Shown here: piece after piece, positions 1 through 7,953 of the stretch
Numbering within the stretch: position 1 is the first letter of the stretch
Layout: each line of letters begins with the position of its first letter
Assembly: GCA_049508795.1 (NCBI GenBank)
Contig: JBELAN010000009.1
Span: 64,729 to 96,728 of the forward strand
DNA length: 32,000 nt
From: Sedimentisphaerales bacterium
GTDB lineage: Bacteria > Planctomycetota > Phycisphaerae > Sedimentisphaerales > Anaerobacaceae
Direction: 5' to 3'
Notes under the pieces: generated by a model
Seen by the model: the letters and a program-made list of their open reading frames with translations, nothing else
What the model was told of the DNA's origin: nothing
Database searches by the model: none
Program-made: the position numbers and the translations under genes

Positions 1-834
1 GCGGTACGCAGGAACCGGGCCGGGCTTGGCGACCCGAACCGGCCGATAGGGTCATTTCTATTTCTCGGGCCTACTGGCGTAGGCAAGACCGAACTTTCCA
101 AGGCGCTGGCTGATTTTCTGTTTAACGACCCGAATGCTATGACCAGGATTGATATGAGCGAGTTTATGGAGCAGCATTCGGTTGCGCGTCTTATAGGTTC
201 GCCGCCCGGCTACATTGGTTACGAAGAAGGCGGTAGATTGACGGAGGCGGTACGGCGGAAACCATATTCGGTGATTTTATTAGATGAGGTTGAGAAGGCA
301 CATCCGGACGTTTTTAATGTACTACTGCAGGTCTTCGACGACGGGCGATTGACCGATGGCAAGGGCCGAACCGTGGATTTCAAAAACACTGTCATCATTA
401 TGACCAGTAATATTGCCAGCCAGCAAATTCAGGAGCTGACTGAAGAATCCGGGGCAGATTGGGAAATCGAGGCCCATGTCAAAGATGCCCTCAAAAAGGT
501 CTTCAAGCCGGAGTTTCTTAACCGCATTGACGAGGTAATCGTTTTCCATATGCTCACAAAGGAGAATTTAAGAAAGATTGTTGATATCCAGCTCAATTAC
601 CTCAAGGAACGTATGAATGCACGGAAGATAGGGCTTGAATTCACGGATGATACGCGTAAGCAGATTATGGACGAGGGTTACGACCCGGTTTTTGGCGCAA
701 GGCCTTTGAAACGGACGATTCAACAGCGATTGGAAAACCCGCTTGCTGCTGAGCTTTTGGCCGGCAAATTCGCCGAGGGCGATACGATAAAAATCGACGC
801 TGACGCTCACAAATTCACTTTTGAAAAAGTATAA
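1..834 (+). CDS. clpB: ATP-dependent chaperone ClpB, C-terminal part (5' end lies outside the window)
   Basis: Frame 1 is open from base 1. It reads [31 protein letters not shown] (Walker A of the second AAA+ module), then [55 protein letters not shown] and [10 protein letters not shown]. All are hallmark ClpB/Hsp104 NBD2 and C-terminal-domain motifs. Confidence 0.9.
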   Translation, partial: AVRRNRAGLGDPNRPIGSFLFLGPTGVGKTELSKALADFLFNDPNAMTRIDMSEFMEQHSVARLIGSPPGYIGYEEGGRLTEAVRRKPYSVILLDEVEKAHPDVFNVLLQVFDDGRLTDGKGRTVDFKNTVIIMTSNIASQQIQELTEESGADWEIEAHVKDALKKVFKPEFLNRIDEVIVFHMLTKENLRKIVDIQLNYLKERMNARKIGLEFTDDTRKQIMDEGYDPVFGARPLKRTIQQRLENPLAAELLAGKFAEGDTIKIDADAHKFTFEKV

Positions 835-982
835 TTGTATTACCGCTGAGAACGCAAAAACCACAGAGAAGGTTCGATGAGAAATCCGAAGCGGTGAAAA
901 TCGAAAGTCGAAAGTAGAAAAACTGGGTCCCAGATAAAGACATTCTGGGGTCTTCGCTGCGCTACGAGGGGCTAATTGTGAT

Positions 983-2011
983 TTATGAGGTAATTGCCTG
1001 AGTTAATGTATCACGGTTATTGTTGAGCCATTCGGCTTTACGCTGAATCATTCTTAAAAAATCCAGGCCTGACAGATTTACGAAAAAGCCGGTCGCAGCC
1101 ACCGGCAGGATTGCCTCGGCTATCATCGTCTCAATCATCAAATCAAGGATGGAATTCAACTGGTTTTCGTCAAGCTCAATTACTTCGCGATAACCATTCA
1201 AAAACTGGACGAGCTTGGCCTGGTCGAGATAATCAGGCCAATCGGCAGGATTAGGCCGGTCCCCCACAATTGAAAATTGCAGCATACCATTGGCCAAGTC
1301 CGTAACCGTCGATGCAATCTTCACCGAATCAAAGTCAAGAACCGCAGTTAGTTTGTGATTGGAAAAAAGCATATTGCCCGGGTGCCAGTCGCCGTGGACG
1401 ATTTGCTGCGGCCAGGAGTCGAATCCAAGCTCGTTCACACGAATGCTGGAGGCGTTGTAAAGGGTCATCAATGTTTCGGCAGTTCTGTGCAATTTTTTGT
1501 CCGGCTGGGCCACCTTTTCAGTTCCGGTTGTTTTCAGATGTGTGCGGACAATTGAAGAATCGTGGAAACTGCCTCCCGGCGGTTTCCAATTCTCGACAAA
1601 ATCAGCCAGGTAGCGGTGAAAGTTCGCTAATTGCCGGCCTGTGTCGGCGGTAGCTTCGGCAGAGCCGTCATAGCGAGAGCCGTTGACGAACTCGAAAAGC
1701 TCGTAGATGTGATTGTTCAGGTGGAGGATTGTATTTTTCTCGTCACAGGTGGGCACAAGAGGCGCGAGCGGGAATTCCATCTCTGAGAGGCGAGACTGGA
1801 TTGCGTGGGCAAAAGCGACGTGGTAGAGGTCGTCTTTGCCTTTGGGACGGCGTTTCAGCAGGAATTTGCCGCGTTCGGAAGTAATGGCCATTTTCGGCGC
1901 GCGGCTGTTGCCTGCTGAAAGCGGCTTTGCCTGATGGATTACGCCGACGTCGTAGTGGCTGAGGACCTGGGCCAGCTCCTCGGAAGAAAAATGTGCACCG
2001 CCTCTAGGCAT
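983..2011 (-). CDS. phosphotransferase-fold kinase (aminoglycoside phosphotransferase / CotS / type II homoserine kinase-like)
   Basis: 342-aa ORF with the catalytic loop HGDWHPGNMLF and the metal-binding motif VLDFD typical of the APH family. It starts 12 nt downstream of the Ser/Thr kinase gene on the same strand. Confidence 0.7.
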   Translation of the reverse strand: MPRGGAHFSSEELAQVLSHYDVGVIHQAKPLSAGNSRAPKMAITSERGKFLLKRRPKGKDDLYHVAFAHAIQSRLSEMEFPLAPLVPTCDEKNTILHLNNHIYELFEFVNGSRYDGSAEATADTGRQLANFHRYLADFVENWKPPGGSFHDSSIVRTHLKTTGTEKVAQPDKKLHRTAETLMTLYNASSIRVNELGFDSWPQQIVHGDWHPGNMLFSNHKLTAVLDFDSVKIASTVTDLANGMLQFSIVGDRPNPADWPDYLDQAKLVQFLNGYREVIELDENQLNSILDLMIETMIAEAILPVAATGFFVNLSGLDFLRMIQRKAEWLNNNRDTLTQAITS

Positions 2012-2023
2012 AAAATTGTACGG

Positions 2024-3250
2024 CTAACGGACCAAAAGGAAAATGATAATCAAAAGCAATGTCGCTACCACAGCTCCCAAGACTAATGTCGCAATCCGGT
2101 AATGTGCGACGGTATCTTCTTTGTAAAGTTTTTCATCTGCTTCGATGACATCTCCCTTTCCTAACTGCTCCAGCACAGAGACATCGAATCTTTTGTGCGC
2201 TCGCAGCGGAGGCTGGCCGTTGCGAACAGCTTCCAAATCCGTCAGCAACTCCTCGACGTTGTTGTAGCGGTCCTCTTTGTGCTTGGCCATCATAACCTCA
2301 ATCACTTCGGATATCCCTGCGCTAAGCTTGGTGTTTATATGGTCGGGCGGAATCAATTCTTCCTTCAGGTGCTTTCTCATCACCTCCGAAGGGTCGTCCG
2401 CCATAAACGGCACCCTGCCGGTTACCATATGATAAAGAGTTGCCCCCAGGCCATAAATGTCGGCTCTGCCGTCGATGTCGATTTTGCCTCGAATTTGCTC
2501 AGGCGAGATATAGTATGGCGTCCCATAAGCTTTGCCCGCCTCGGTTTGCGCTGCCTCGATGTCCGTCGTCTCACGCGCTAAACCCATATCAGCGAGCTTG
2601 ACTACGCCGGCGGTGTTTATCATTATGTTCTTGGGCTTGACGTCACGGTGAATGAGGCCGCAGGCGTGAGCGTGCTGAAGGGCGTGGGCAACCTGAATGA
2701 CTATATTTAGTGCTTCGTCTTCCTTAAAAATCTTGCCGGCTGACAAATCATCGTGCAGAGTCCTGCCTTCGACGTATTCCATTACAAAATAGTGGTACCC
2801 CCCTGCCTCACCGACATCGAAGGCCTGGACGATATTGTTGTGATTGAGTTTTCCTGCGGCCTGGCCTTCTTTGAAAAACCGCTCCACATATTCGGGATTT
2901 CCGCTAAAGCGCTTCGGCAGAACCTTTATTGCAACTGTCCGGTTAAGACTCAATTGCAGGGCCTTATAGACGACCGCCATTGCACCGGCGCCAAGTTTGC
3001 CTAATATTTTATAACCCGGAATCTGGTATGCAGCTACCTTGCTTTCTTTGATGTTTTTCTTTAACCTTTCGGCCTGGTTCTGTGTGATATAGCCCAGGTC
3101 CACCATAAGGTCCTTGAGCATTACAGGATTGACTTTACGGCGGGATTGCAGCTCCTCAAGCGAACGACGCAGCTCCTCGTCTGAGCACAGACCCTGCTCT
3201 ACCGCCATTTTGCCGAATAATGTATCGTAACTTGTTTCGTTTGTTGTCAT
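2024..3250 (-). CDS. Hanks-type serine/threonine protein kinase, C-terminally tail-anchored
   Basis: Gly-rich loop GKLGAGAMAVVYKA, VAIK lysine, HRDVKPKNIMI catalytic loop, a DFG variant (ADMGLA) and GTPYYISPEQ activation segment. A single hydrophobic helix (IATLVLGAVVATLLLIIIFLLVR) sits at the extreme C-terminus. GAGAGGG lies upstream of the ATG. Confidence 0.9.
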   Translation of the reverse strand: MTTNETSYDTLFGKMAVEQGLCSDEELRRSLEELQSRRKVNPVMLKDLMVDLGYITQNQAERLKKNIKESKVAAYQIPGYKILGKLGAGAMAVVYKALQLSLNRTVAIKVLPKRFSGNPEYVERFFKEGQAAGKLNHNNIVQAFDVGEAGGYHYFVMEYVEGRTLHDDLSAGKIFKEDEALNIVIQVAHALQHAHACGLIHRDVKPKNIMINTAGVVKLADMGLARETTDIEAAQTEAGKAYGTPYYISPEQIRGKIDIDGRADIYGLGATLYHMVTGRVPFMADDPSEVMRKHLKEELIPPDHINTKLSAGISEVIEVMMAKHKEDRYNNVEELLTDLEAVRNGQPPLRAHKRFDVSVLEQLGKGDVIEADEKLYKEDTVAHYRIATLVLGAVVATLLLIIIFLLVR

Positions 3251-3339
3251 TAACCCTCTCAGATAAGCCCTGGGCTTTACAACAAATATATACTCAAAAA
3301 CACTGATTATGTTTTATATAGGACCTTTGTCAAAGAAAA

Positions 3340-3358
3340 TTGTAATATTTGATTACAA
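3340..3358. promoter_or_regulatory. perfect 7-bp inverted repeat TTGTAAT-N5-ATTACAA (candidate operator)
   Basis: Seen directly in the AT-rich divergent intergenic region between the Ser/Thr kinase (-) and etfB (+). Confidence 0.3.
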
Positions 3359-3467
3359 AAAATACAAACTTCTCTATTAAAATCGACTTTTCTGGTTTTT
3401 AGGTTTAGCAGTTTTTCTGCCCCGGCGCACAGGGGTCGTCCATCCCAGGCCGAACTGGCGTAAGCCA

Positions 3468-3487
3468 TTCCGCCTACGGCGGACAAG
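3468..3487. repeat. minimal copy of the R1 hairpin repeat family (TTCCGCC-TAC-GGCGGACAAG)
   Basis: It shares both arms (ttccgcc / ggcggacaag) with the R1 module at 29443 and 30937 but lacks the central segment. The 6-bp stem is tccgcc/ggcgga. Confidence 0.45.
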
Positions 3488-3502
3488 CCTGGCGATTTAG
3501 GG

Positions 3503-3530
3503 TTGACTTGGCGTCAAATCCCGCTAAACT
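3503..3530 (+). promoter_or_regulatory. candidate sigma70-type promoter for the etf operon (TTGACT-N16-TAAACT)
   Basis: Hexamers read directly from the sequence, 55 nt upstream of the etfB GTG start. An AAGGAG RBS lies 7 nt before the start codon. Confidence 0.3.
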
Positions 3531-3585
3531 GTTGTCTCCCTAAAAGTCGGCGTTATCAAAACAGTAAGCTTCAAGGAGCCAATAA

Positions 3586-4497
3586 GTGGCTTATAATTGC
3601 GTTGTTTTAATCAAACAAGTTCCTGATACCAAAAGGATTACCGGCGATGCGATGAACGATGACGGCACGGTCAATCGTTCAGCTCTGCCGGCCATTTTCA
3701 ATCCGGAAGACCTTAATGCGCTCGAGTTAGCTCTGCAGATTAAGGACAAATTCGGCGGCAAAATAACGGTTATCACGATGGGCCTGCCTGCGGCAAGTGC
3801 AATTCTTCGCGATTCGCTTTTCCGCGGGGCTGACGATTCGATTTTGATAACCGACCGGCGATGTGCCGCGAGCGATACATTAGCAACCAGCTATATCCTG
3901 AGCTGTGCGGTCAAAAAGGTTGATTATGACATAGTCCTCTGCGGCAGGCAGGCGATTGACGGCGATACCGCGCAGGTCGGCCCGCAGTTGGCGGAGAAAT
4001 TGGGTGTTCCACAGATTACTTACGTCGAAGAGCTTATCGAACTTAACGGCAAAACCATAACAGCTCGTCGCAACATCGGGGCCGGCTGGCAGCAGGTCAG
4101 GACCAAATTGCCCGCTCTTTTGACCGTTACCGCTGACGCAAATGAGCCCAGAGTTGCCGCCGCGAAAAAGATAATGAAGTATAAAAATGCACGAACACCC
4201 ATCGAGGTTGAACAAAAAATCAAACCTGAAAACGCAGAGGCAACCGAAGCAGATATTCAGAAACTCGTTAAACACAAATGCAGTGAATTAGAGGAAAAAG
4301 GCCTGCTGATTAAGCAATGGGATTTGGACTTTGTCGGGGCCGATTTGAAATGGTGCGGGCGAAACGGGTCGCCGACGAAAGTGCATCGTATTCAAAGCGT
4401 GGTTCTGGCGACGAAAGAAACGAAAAACATTGAGCCAAATGACCAGGGCATTTCAGGTATGATACACGAACTGATTGAAGATAAGATAATAGCGTAA
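3586..4497 (+). CDS. etfB: electron transfer flavoprotein beta subunit (EtfB/FixA family), GTG start
   Basis: The N-terminus VVLIKQVPDT...NPEDLNALELAL and the C-terminal GSPTKV motif are typical of EtfB. At 303 aa it is about 30-40 aa longer than classical EtfB, owing to an insert before the GSPTKV region. Confidence 0.9.
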   Translation: MAYNCVVLIKQVPDTKRITGDAMNDDGTVNRSALPAIFNPEDLNALELALQIKDKFGGKITVITMGLPAASAILRDSLFRGADDSILITDRRCAASDTLATSYILSCAVKKVDYDIVLCGRQAIDGDTAQVGPQLAEKLGVPQITYVEELIELNGKTITARRNIGAGWQQVRTKLPALLTVTADANEPRVAAAKKIMKYKNARTPIEVEQKIKPENAEATEADIQKLVKHKCSELEEKGLLIKQWDLDFVGADLKWCGRNGSPTKVHRIQSVVLATKETKNIEPNDQGISGMIHELIEDKIIA

Positions 4498-4511
4498 CGC
4501 TTGTACAAATT

Positions 4512-5432
4512 ATGATAGATGTGAATAAAAAAGGTGAGGTTTGGGTATTTGGTGAGCAGCATAACGGGCACCTGGAAGATACGCCGATTGAATTGATGAG
4601 CAAGGCAAGGCGATTAGCTGATACCTTAGGTGTAAAATTAGCTGCGGCTGTTTTGGGTAATGGGGCCAGAGACATTGCAGCAAAGTTAATACATTACGGC
4701 GCCGACAAGGTGTATTTAGCCGAGCATCCCCTGCTTGGCGCTTATCAGACGAACAGTTACGCAAAGGTAATGTTCGATTTGATACACAAGTATAAGCCGC
4801 AGATTGTGCTTTACGGAGCTACTATAACCGGCAGGGATTTGGCACCTCGGATTGCAAGCGCTGCAAAAGCGGGACTTACCGCAGACTGCACGGACCTTCA
4901 AATCGGTGACCACCAGACCGCCAAAGACGGGCAATTCCACAAGAACCTGCTGTTTCAGATACGGCCGGCCTTCGGCGGAAATATAATCGCAACTATCATA
5001 AATTACGACCGCTGGCCGCAAATGGCCACCGTCCGCGAAGGCGTGATGCCGATGCCGGAGCCGAATACCGGGCGCAAGGGGGAAATTATCAAAGAGAAGG
5101 TGCAAATTTCGCAGCAAGACCTGCCACTCGAGATTCTTGAAGAGCACAAACGGCCCAAAAAAGTCAACCTCAAAGCGGCAAGAATAATCGTTGCCGGCGG
5201 AGCAGGTGTAGGCAGCAGGGATAATTTCAAACTCATCTGGGATTTGGCAAACTGCTTAGGTGCAGCGCCGGCGGCCACCAGAGCAGCGGTCGATTTGGGC
5301 TTTATTGACAGCGACCATCAGGTCGGCCAAACCGGCACAACCGTCAGACCCTCGCTTTACATCGCAGTCGGGGTCAGCGGCGCTATTCAACACCAAGCAG
5401 GTATGAACCAGAGCCAGAAAATTGTGACCTGA
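4512..5432 (+). CDS. etfA: electron transfer flavoprotein alpha subunit, C-terminally disrupted (likely pseudogene or assembly error)
   Basis: VGQTGTTVRPSLYIAVGVSGAIQHQAGMNQSQKIV matches the EtfA FAD-binding region. The ORF then stops (T, TGA) where family members continue with AINKDxxAPIFxxADYGIVGDLF. See the finding on etfA. Confidence 0.85.
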   Translation: MIDVNKKGEVWVFGEQHNGHLEDTPIELMSKARRLADTLGVKLAAAVLGNGARDIAAKLIHYGADKVYLAEHPLLGAYQTNSYAKVMFDLIHKYKPQIVLYGATITGRDLAPRIASAAKAGLTADCTDLQIGDHQTAKDGQFHKNLLFQIRPAFGGNIIATIINYDRWPQMATVREGVMPMPEPNTGRKGEIIKEKVQISQQDLPLEILEEHKRPKKVNLKAARIIVAGGAGVGSRDNFKLIWDLANCLGAAPAATRAAVDLGFIDSDHQVGQTGTTVRPSLYIAVGVSGAIQHQAGMNQSQKIVT

Positions 5433-5509
5433 ATGTTGTTGTGCCCAAAATGATAAAGGCAATGAAAGAAAAAAGTATCAAAGAAGAAAAGACAGCAGAA
5501 AATGGCTAA
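5426..5509 (+). other. out-of-frame remnant of the etfA C-terminus (DLNVVVPKMIKAMKEKSIKEEKTAENG*)
   Basis: Read in the -1/+2 frame, it matches the conserved EtfA tail (compare human [16 protein letters not shown]). Its TAA (5507-5509) overlaps the acyl-CoA dehydrogenase ATG (5502) in an ATGGCTAA coupling arrangement. Confidence 0.7.
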
Positions 5510-7250
5510 CTTCTACAGAGACAACGATGATATACAGTTTTTGTTCAGGCATATTGACCTAGACAAGCTGGCAGAGCTTACCGAAGAGGGGTTTAAGTTC
5601 GCAAACGAGTTCGACTACGCCCCTGCCAACGCCGATGAGGCAATACAAAATTATGATATGGTCCTTGATTCGCTGGGGCAATTGAGCGGCGATTTTATCG
5701 CTCCGCGAGCAGAAGACGTTGACCGCCAGGGCAATACCCTTAACGAGGACGGAACGGTTACTTATGCAAAAGGGATACGGGAATCTGTTGAAAAACTTGC
5801 CAAAGCCGATGTGATGGGTTTTACGCTGCCATACAGATTCGGCGGGCTGAACTTCCCAAACCTTATTTACTCGATGGCTATCGAGGTTGTCTCGCGAGCA
5901 GATGCGTCGCTTATGAACATATTCGGCCTGCAGGGGATTGCCGAGACAATCAACGCTTTTGCATCGGAAGAAATAAAAGAGAAATACTTATATGATTTTG
6001 CTGCCGGTAAGGTTACCGGCGCGATGGTGCTGACTGAGCCGGACGCCGGTTCGGATTTGCAGGCGGTCAAACTGCGGGCATTTCAGGACACGGCAGGTGC
6101 TTGGTTCCTGCACGGCGTAAAACGTTTCATAACCAACGGCTGCGGCGATGTCCTGCTGGTATTGGCCCGCAGCGAGCCGGACAGAAGCGGAGGCCTGGGG
6201 CTGAGTCTTTTCGTCTGCGACAGAGGTGCAACCATCCACATTCGTCGGCTGGAGGACAAATTAGGCATCCACGGTTCGCCGACCTGCGAGATATTCTTTG
6301 ACAATACCCCCTGCCAATTAATCGGCGAACGCCAGCGCGGCCTTGTAACTTATGTTATGAGCTTAATGAACGGCGCCCGCATCGGCATCGCGGCCCAATC
6401 CCTCGGTATTGCCGAAGCGGCTTTCCGAGTCGCCCGCGACTATGCCGCCACGAGAAAACAGTTTGCAGTAGCTATTGAAAAGCTGCCGGCCGTCCGCGAT
6501 ATGCTCATCGATATGAAAATTGCCATCGAGGCAGGCAGAGCACTTTTATATGAGACAAGCCGCGTCGTCGATATGGAAATCGCATATACCAAAATTCAGG
6601 AGACCAAACCGCCGGAAGGCAAAGAGCAGGCCAAACAGCTCAAAGAAGACACACGAAAATACAAAAGGTATTCCGGAATGCTGACGCCGATGAGCAAATA
6701 CTATTGTTCCGAGATGTGCAACAGGGTTGCTTACGATTCGATTCAGGTCCTCGGCGGTAGCGGCTATATGCGGGACTACGCCTGCGAACGGCACGCCCGC
6801 GACGCCAGAATCACAACTATTTACGAGGGGACAAGCCAGTTGCAGGTTGTTGCCGCCGTTCGCGGAGTCTGCAGCGGGACAGCCGAGAAATTTATTACCG
6901 AACTTGCCGAGAAGGATTATGACCCCCAGTTGAAAGACCTGCTTGAAAAACTATCTGCGGGAACGGAGCAATTGAAGAACGCCGTCGCTTTTGTTAAAGA
7001 AAACGGCAACGAATATATGGACCTCTGCGGCAAAGCTCTGGTCGATATCGCGATAGATTTGATTAACGGCTACTTATTCTGCGGCCAGGCAGGCGAGAGA
7101 CAAGGAACGCAGCGCAAGGCAGAGATTGCCAGAAGATATATCACTAGAATCTCGCCGAAGATTACGGCTTTGGCGGAATTGATTAGGATGGGGGATAAAT
7201 CCACATTTACAGAATACGAAGCGGTAATCGGGCCTGTGCCAACCGAATAA
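5502..7250 (+). CDS. acyl-CoA dehydrogenase (long form with extra C-terminal domain)
   Basis: 582 aa. LTEPDAGSD, FITNG, and YEGTSQLQ near the C-terminal catalytic region are typical ACAD motifs. The gene lies immediately downstream of etfBA. Confidence 0.9.
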   Translation: MANFYRDNDDIQFLFRHIDLDKLAELTEEGFKFANEFDYAPANADEAIQNYDMVLDSLGQLSGDFIAPRAEDVDRQGNTLNEDGTVTYAKGIRESVEKLAKADVMGFTLPYRFGGLNFPNLIYSMAIEVVSRADASLMNIFGLQGIAETINAFASEEIKEKYLYDFAAGKVTGAMVLTEPDAGSDLQAVKLRAFQDTAGAWFLHGVKRFITNGCGDVLLVLARSEPDRSGGLGLSLFVCDRGATIHIRRLEDKLGIHGSPTCEIFFDNTPCQLIGERQRGLVTYVMSLMNGARIGIAAQSLGIAEAAFRVARDYAATRKQFAVAIEKLPAVRDMLIDMKIAIEAGRALLYETSRVVDMEIAYTKIQETKPPEGKEQAKQLKEDTRKYKRYSGMLTPMSKYYCSEMCNRVAYDSIQVLGGSGYMRDYACERHARDARITTIYEGTSQLQVVAAVRGVCSGTAEKFITELAEKDYDPQLKDLLEKLSAGTEQLKNAVAFVKENGNEYMDLCGKALVDIAIDLINGYLFCGQAGERQGTQRKAEIARRYITRISPKITALAELIRMGDKSTFTEYEAVIGPVPTE

Positions 7251-7260
7251 GGAGGAGATA

Positions 7261-7941
7261 ATGCTTCGAGCTGTTATATTCGATTTTGACGGGGTGATAA
7301 CGGATTCTGAGGTTTTGCACCTTCGTGCCTTTAATCAGGTGCTGGCACAATACGGCGTTGAGATTTCAACAAGGGATTATTACAAGGAATATCTCGGCCT
7401 GAGCGATTTTGATTTTTTTAAGGCCATTATCGATAAAGAGGTGTTACAAAAGCCGGCTAAGAGTATCGAAAATCTCGCAGAAGAAAAAACCGAGGTGTTT
7501 AAAGAACTGGCAAAGACCGATGGCAGAATAATCGAAGGTGTACGGGATTTCCTGCAGATGCTCGGCCGGAACAATATACCTAAGGCGATATGCTCGGGGG
7601 CGCTGCTGACAGAGATTGAACTTGTATTGGAACAGGCCCGACTGCGGTCTTTCTTTGAGGTGATAGTTTCCGCAGAATTCGTAAAAAAAGGCAAGCCCAG
7701 TCCTGAGGGTTTCCTGCTGACTTTGAAAAAGCTCAATCGCAATCGGCAGAACCCCATTTTGCCAAACCAATGTATTGTGATAGAAGATTCGCATTGGGGA
7801 CTTGAAGCAGCCAGAGCAGCGGGAATGCATAGTGTCGCAGTAACAAATTCATACGAAGCCGACCAGCTAACCTTAGCCGAAAAGATTGTTACGAAACTCG
7901 GCGAATTAAGTATGGAGGATTTGCAAAATCTTTGCAGATGA
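7261..7941 (+). CDS. HAD-superfamily hydrolase (beta-phosphoglucomutase-like, subfamily IA)
   Basis: Motif I is AVIFDFDGVITDSE. A later KGKPSPEGF and IEDSxxGxxAAxAAG are typical of HAD-IA enzymes. A strong AAGGAGGA RBS precedes the ATG. Confidence 0.85.
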   Translation: MLRAVIFDFDGVITDSEVLHLRAFNQVLAQYGVEISTRDYYKEYLGLSDFDFFKAIIDKEVLQKPAKSIENLAEEKTEVFKELAKTDGRIIEGVRDFLQMLGRNNIPKAICSGALLTEIELVLEQARLRSFFEVIVSAEFVKKGKPSPEGFLLTLKKLNRNRQNPILPNQCIVIEDSHWGLEAARAAGMHSVAVTNSYEADQLTLAEKIVTKLGELSMEDLQNLCR

Positions 7942-7953
7942 CCGGTTGAAGGG

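Noticed and set aside
322-864. Antisense ORFs (75 aa and 98 aa) inside clpB, and the many similar 60-140-aa antisense or off-frame ORFs listed within other genes
   Set aside because: Each is nested in a gene with unambiguous conserved motifs on the other strand or frame. None has an RBS or recognisable domain.
860-885. tRNA-like T-loop string (aaggttcgatga)
   Set aside because: The surrounding sequence cannot be folded into acceptor, D or anticodon stems. It lies within degenerate repeat sequence.
5424-5432. Programmed ribosomal frameshift in etfA
   Set aside because: A frameshift alone would not restore the protein, because about 20 conserved residues are missing between the two frames. 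There is also no slippery heptamer at the junction.
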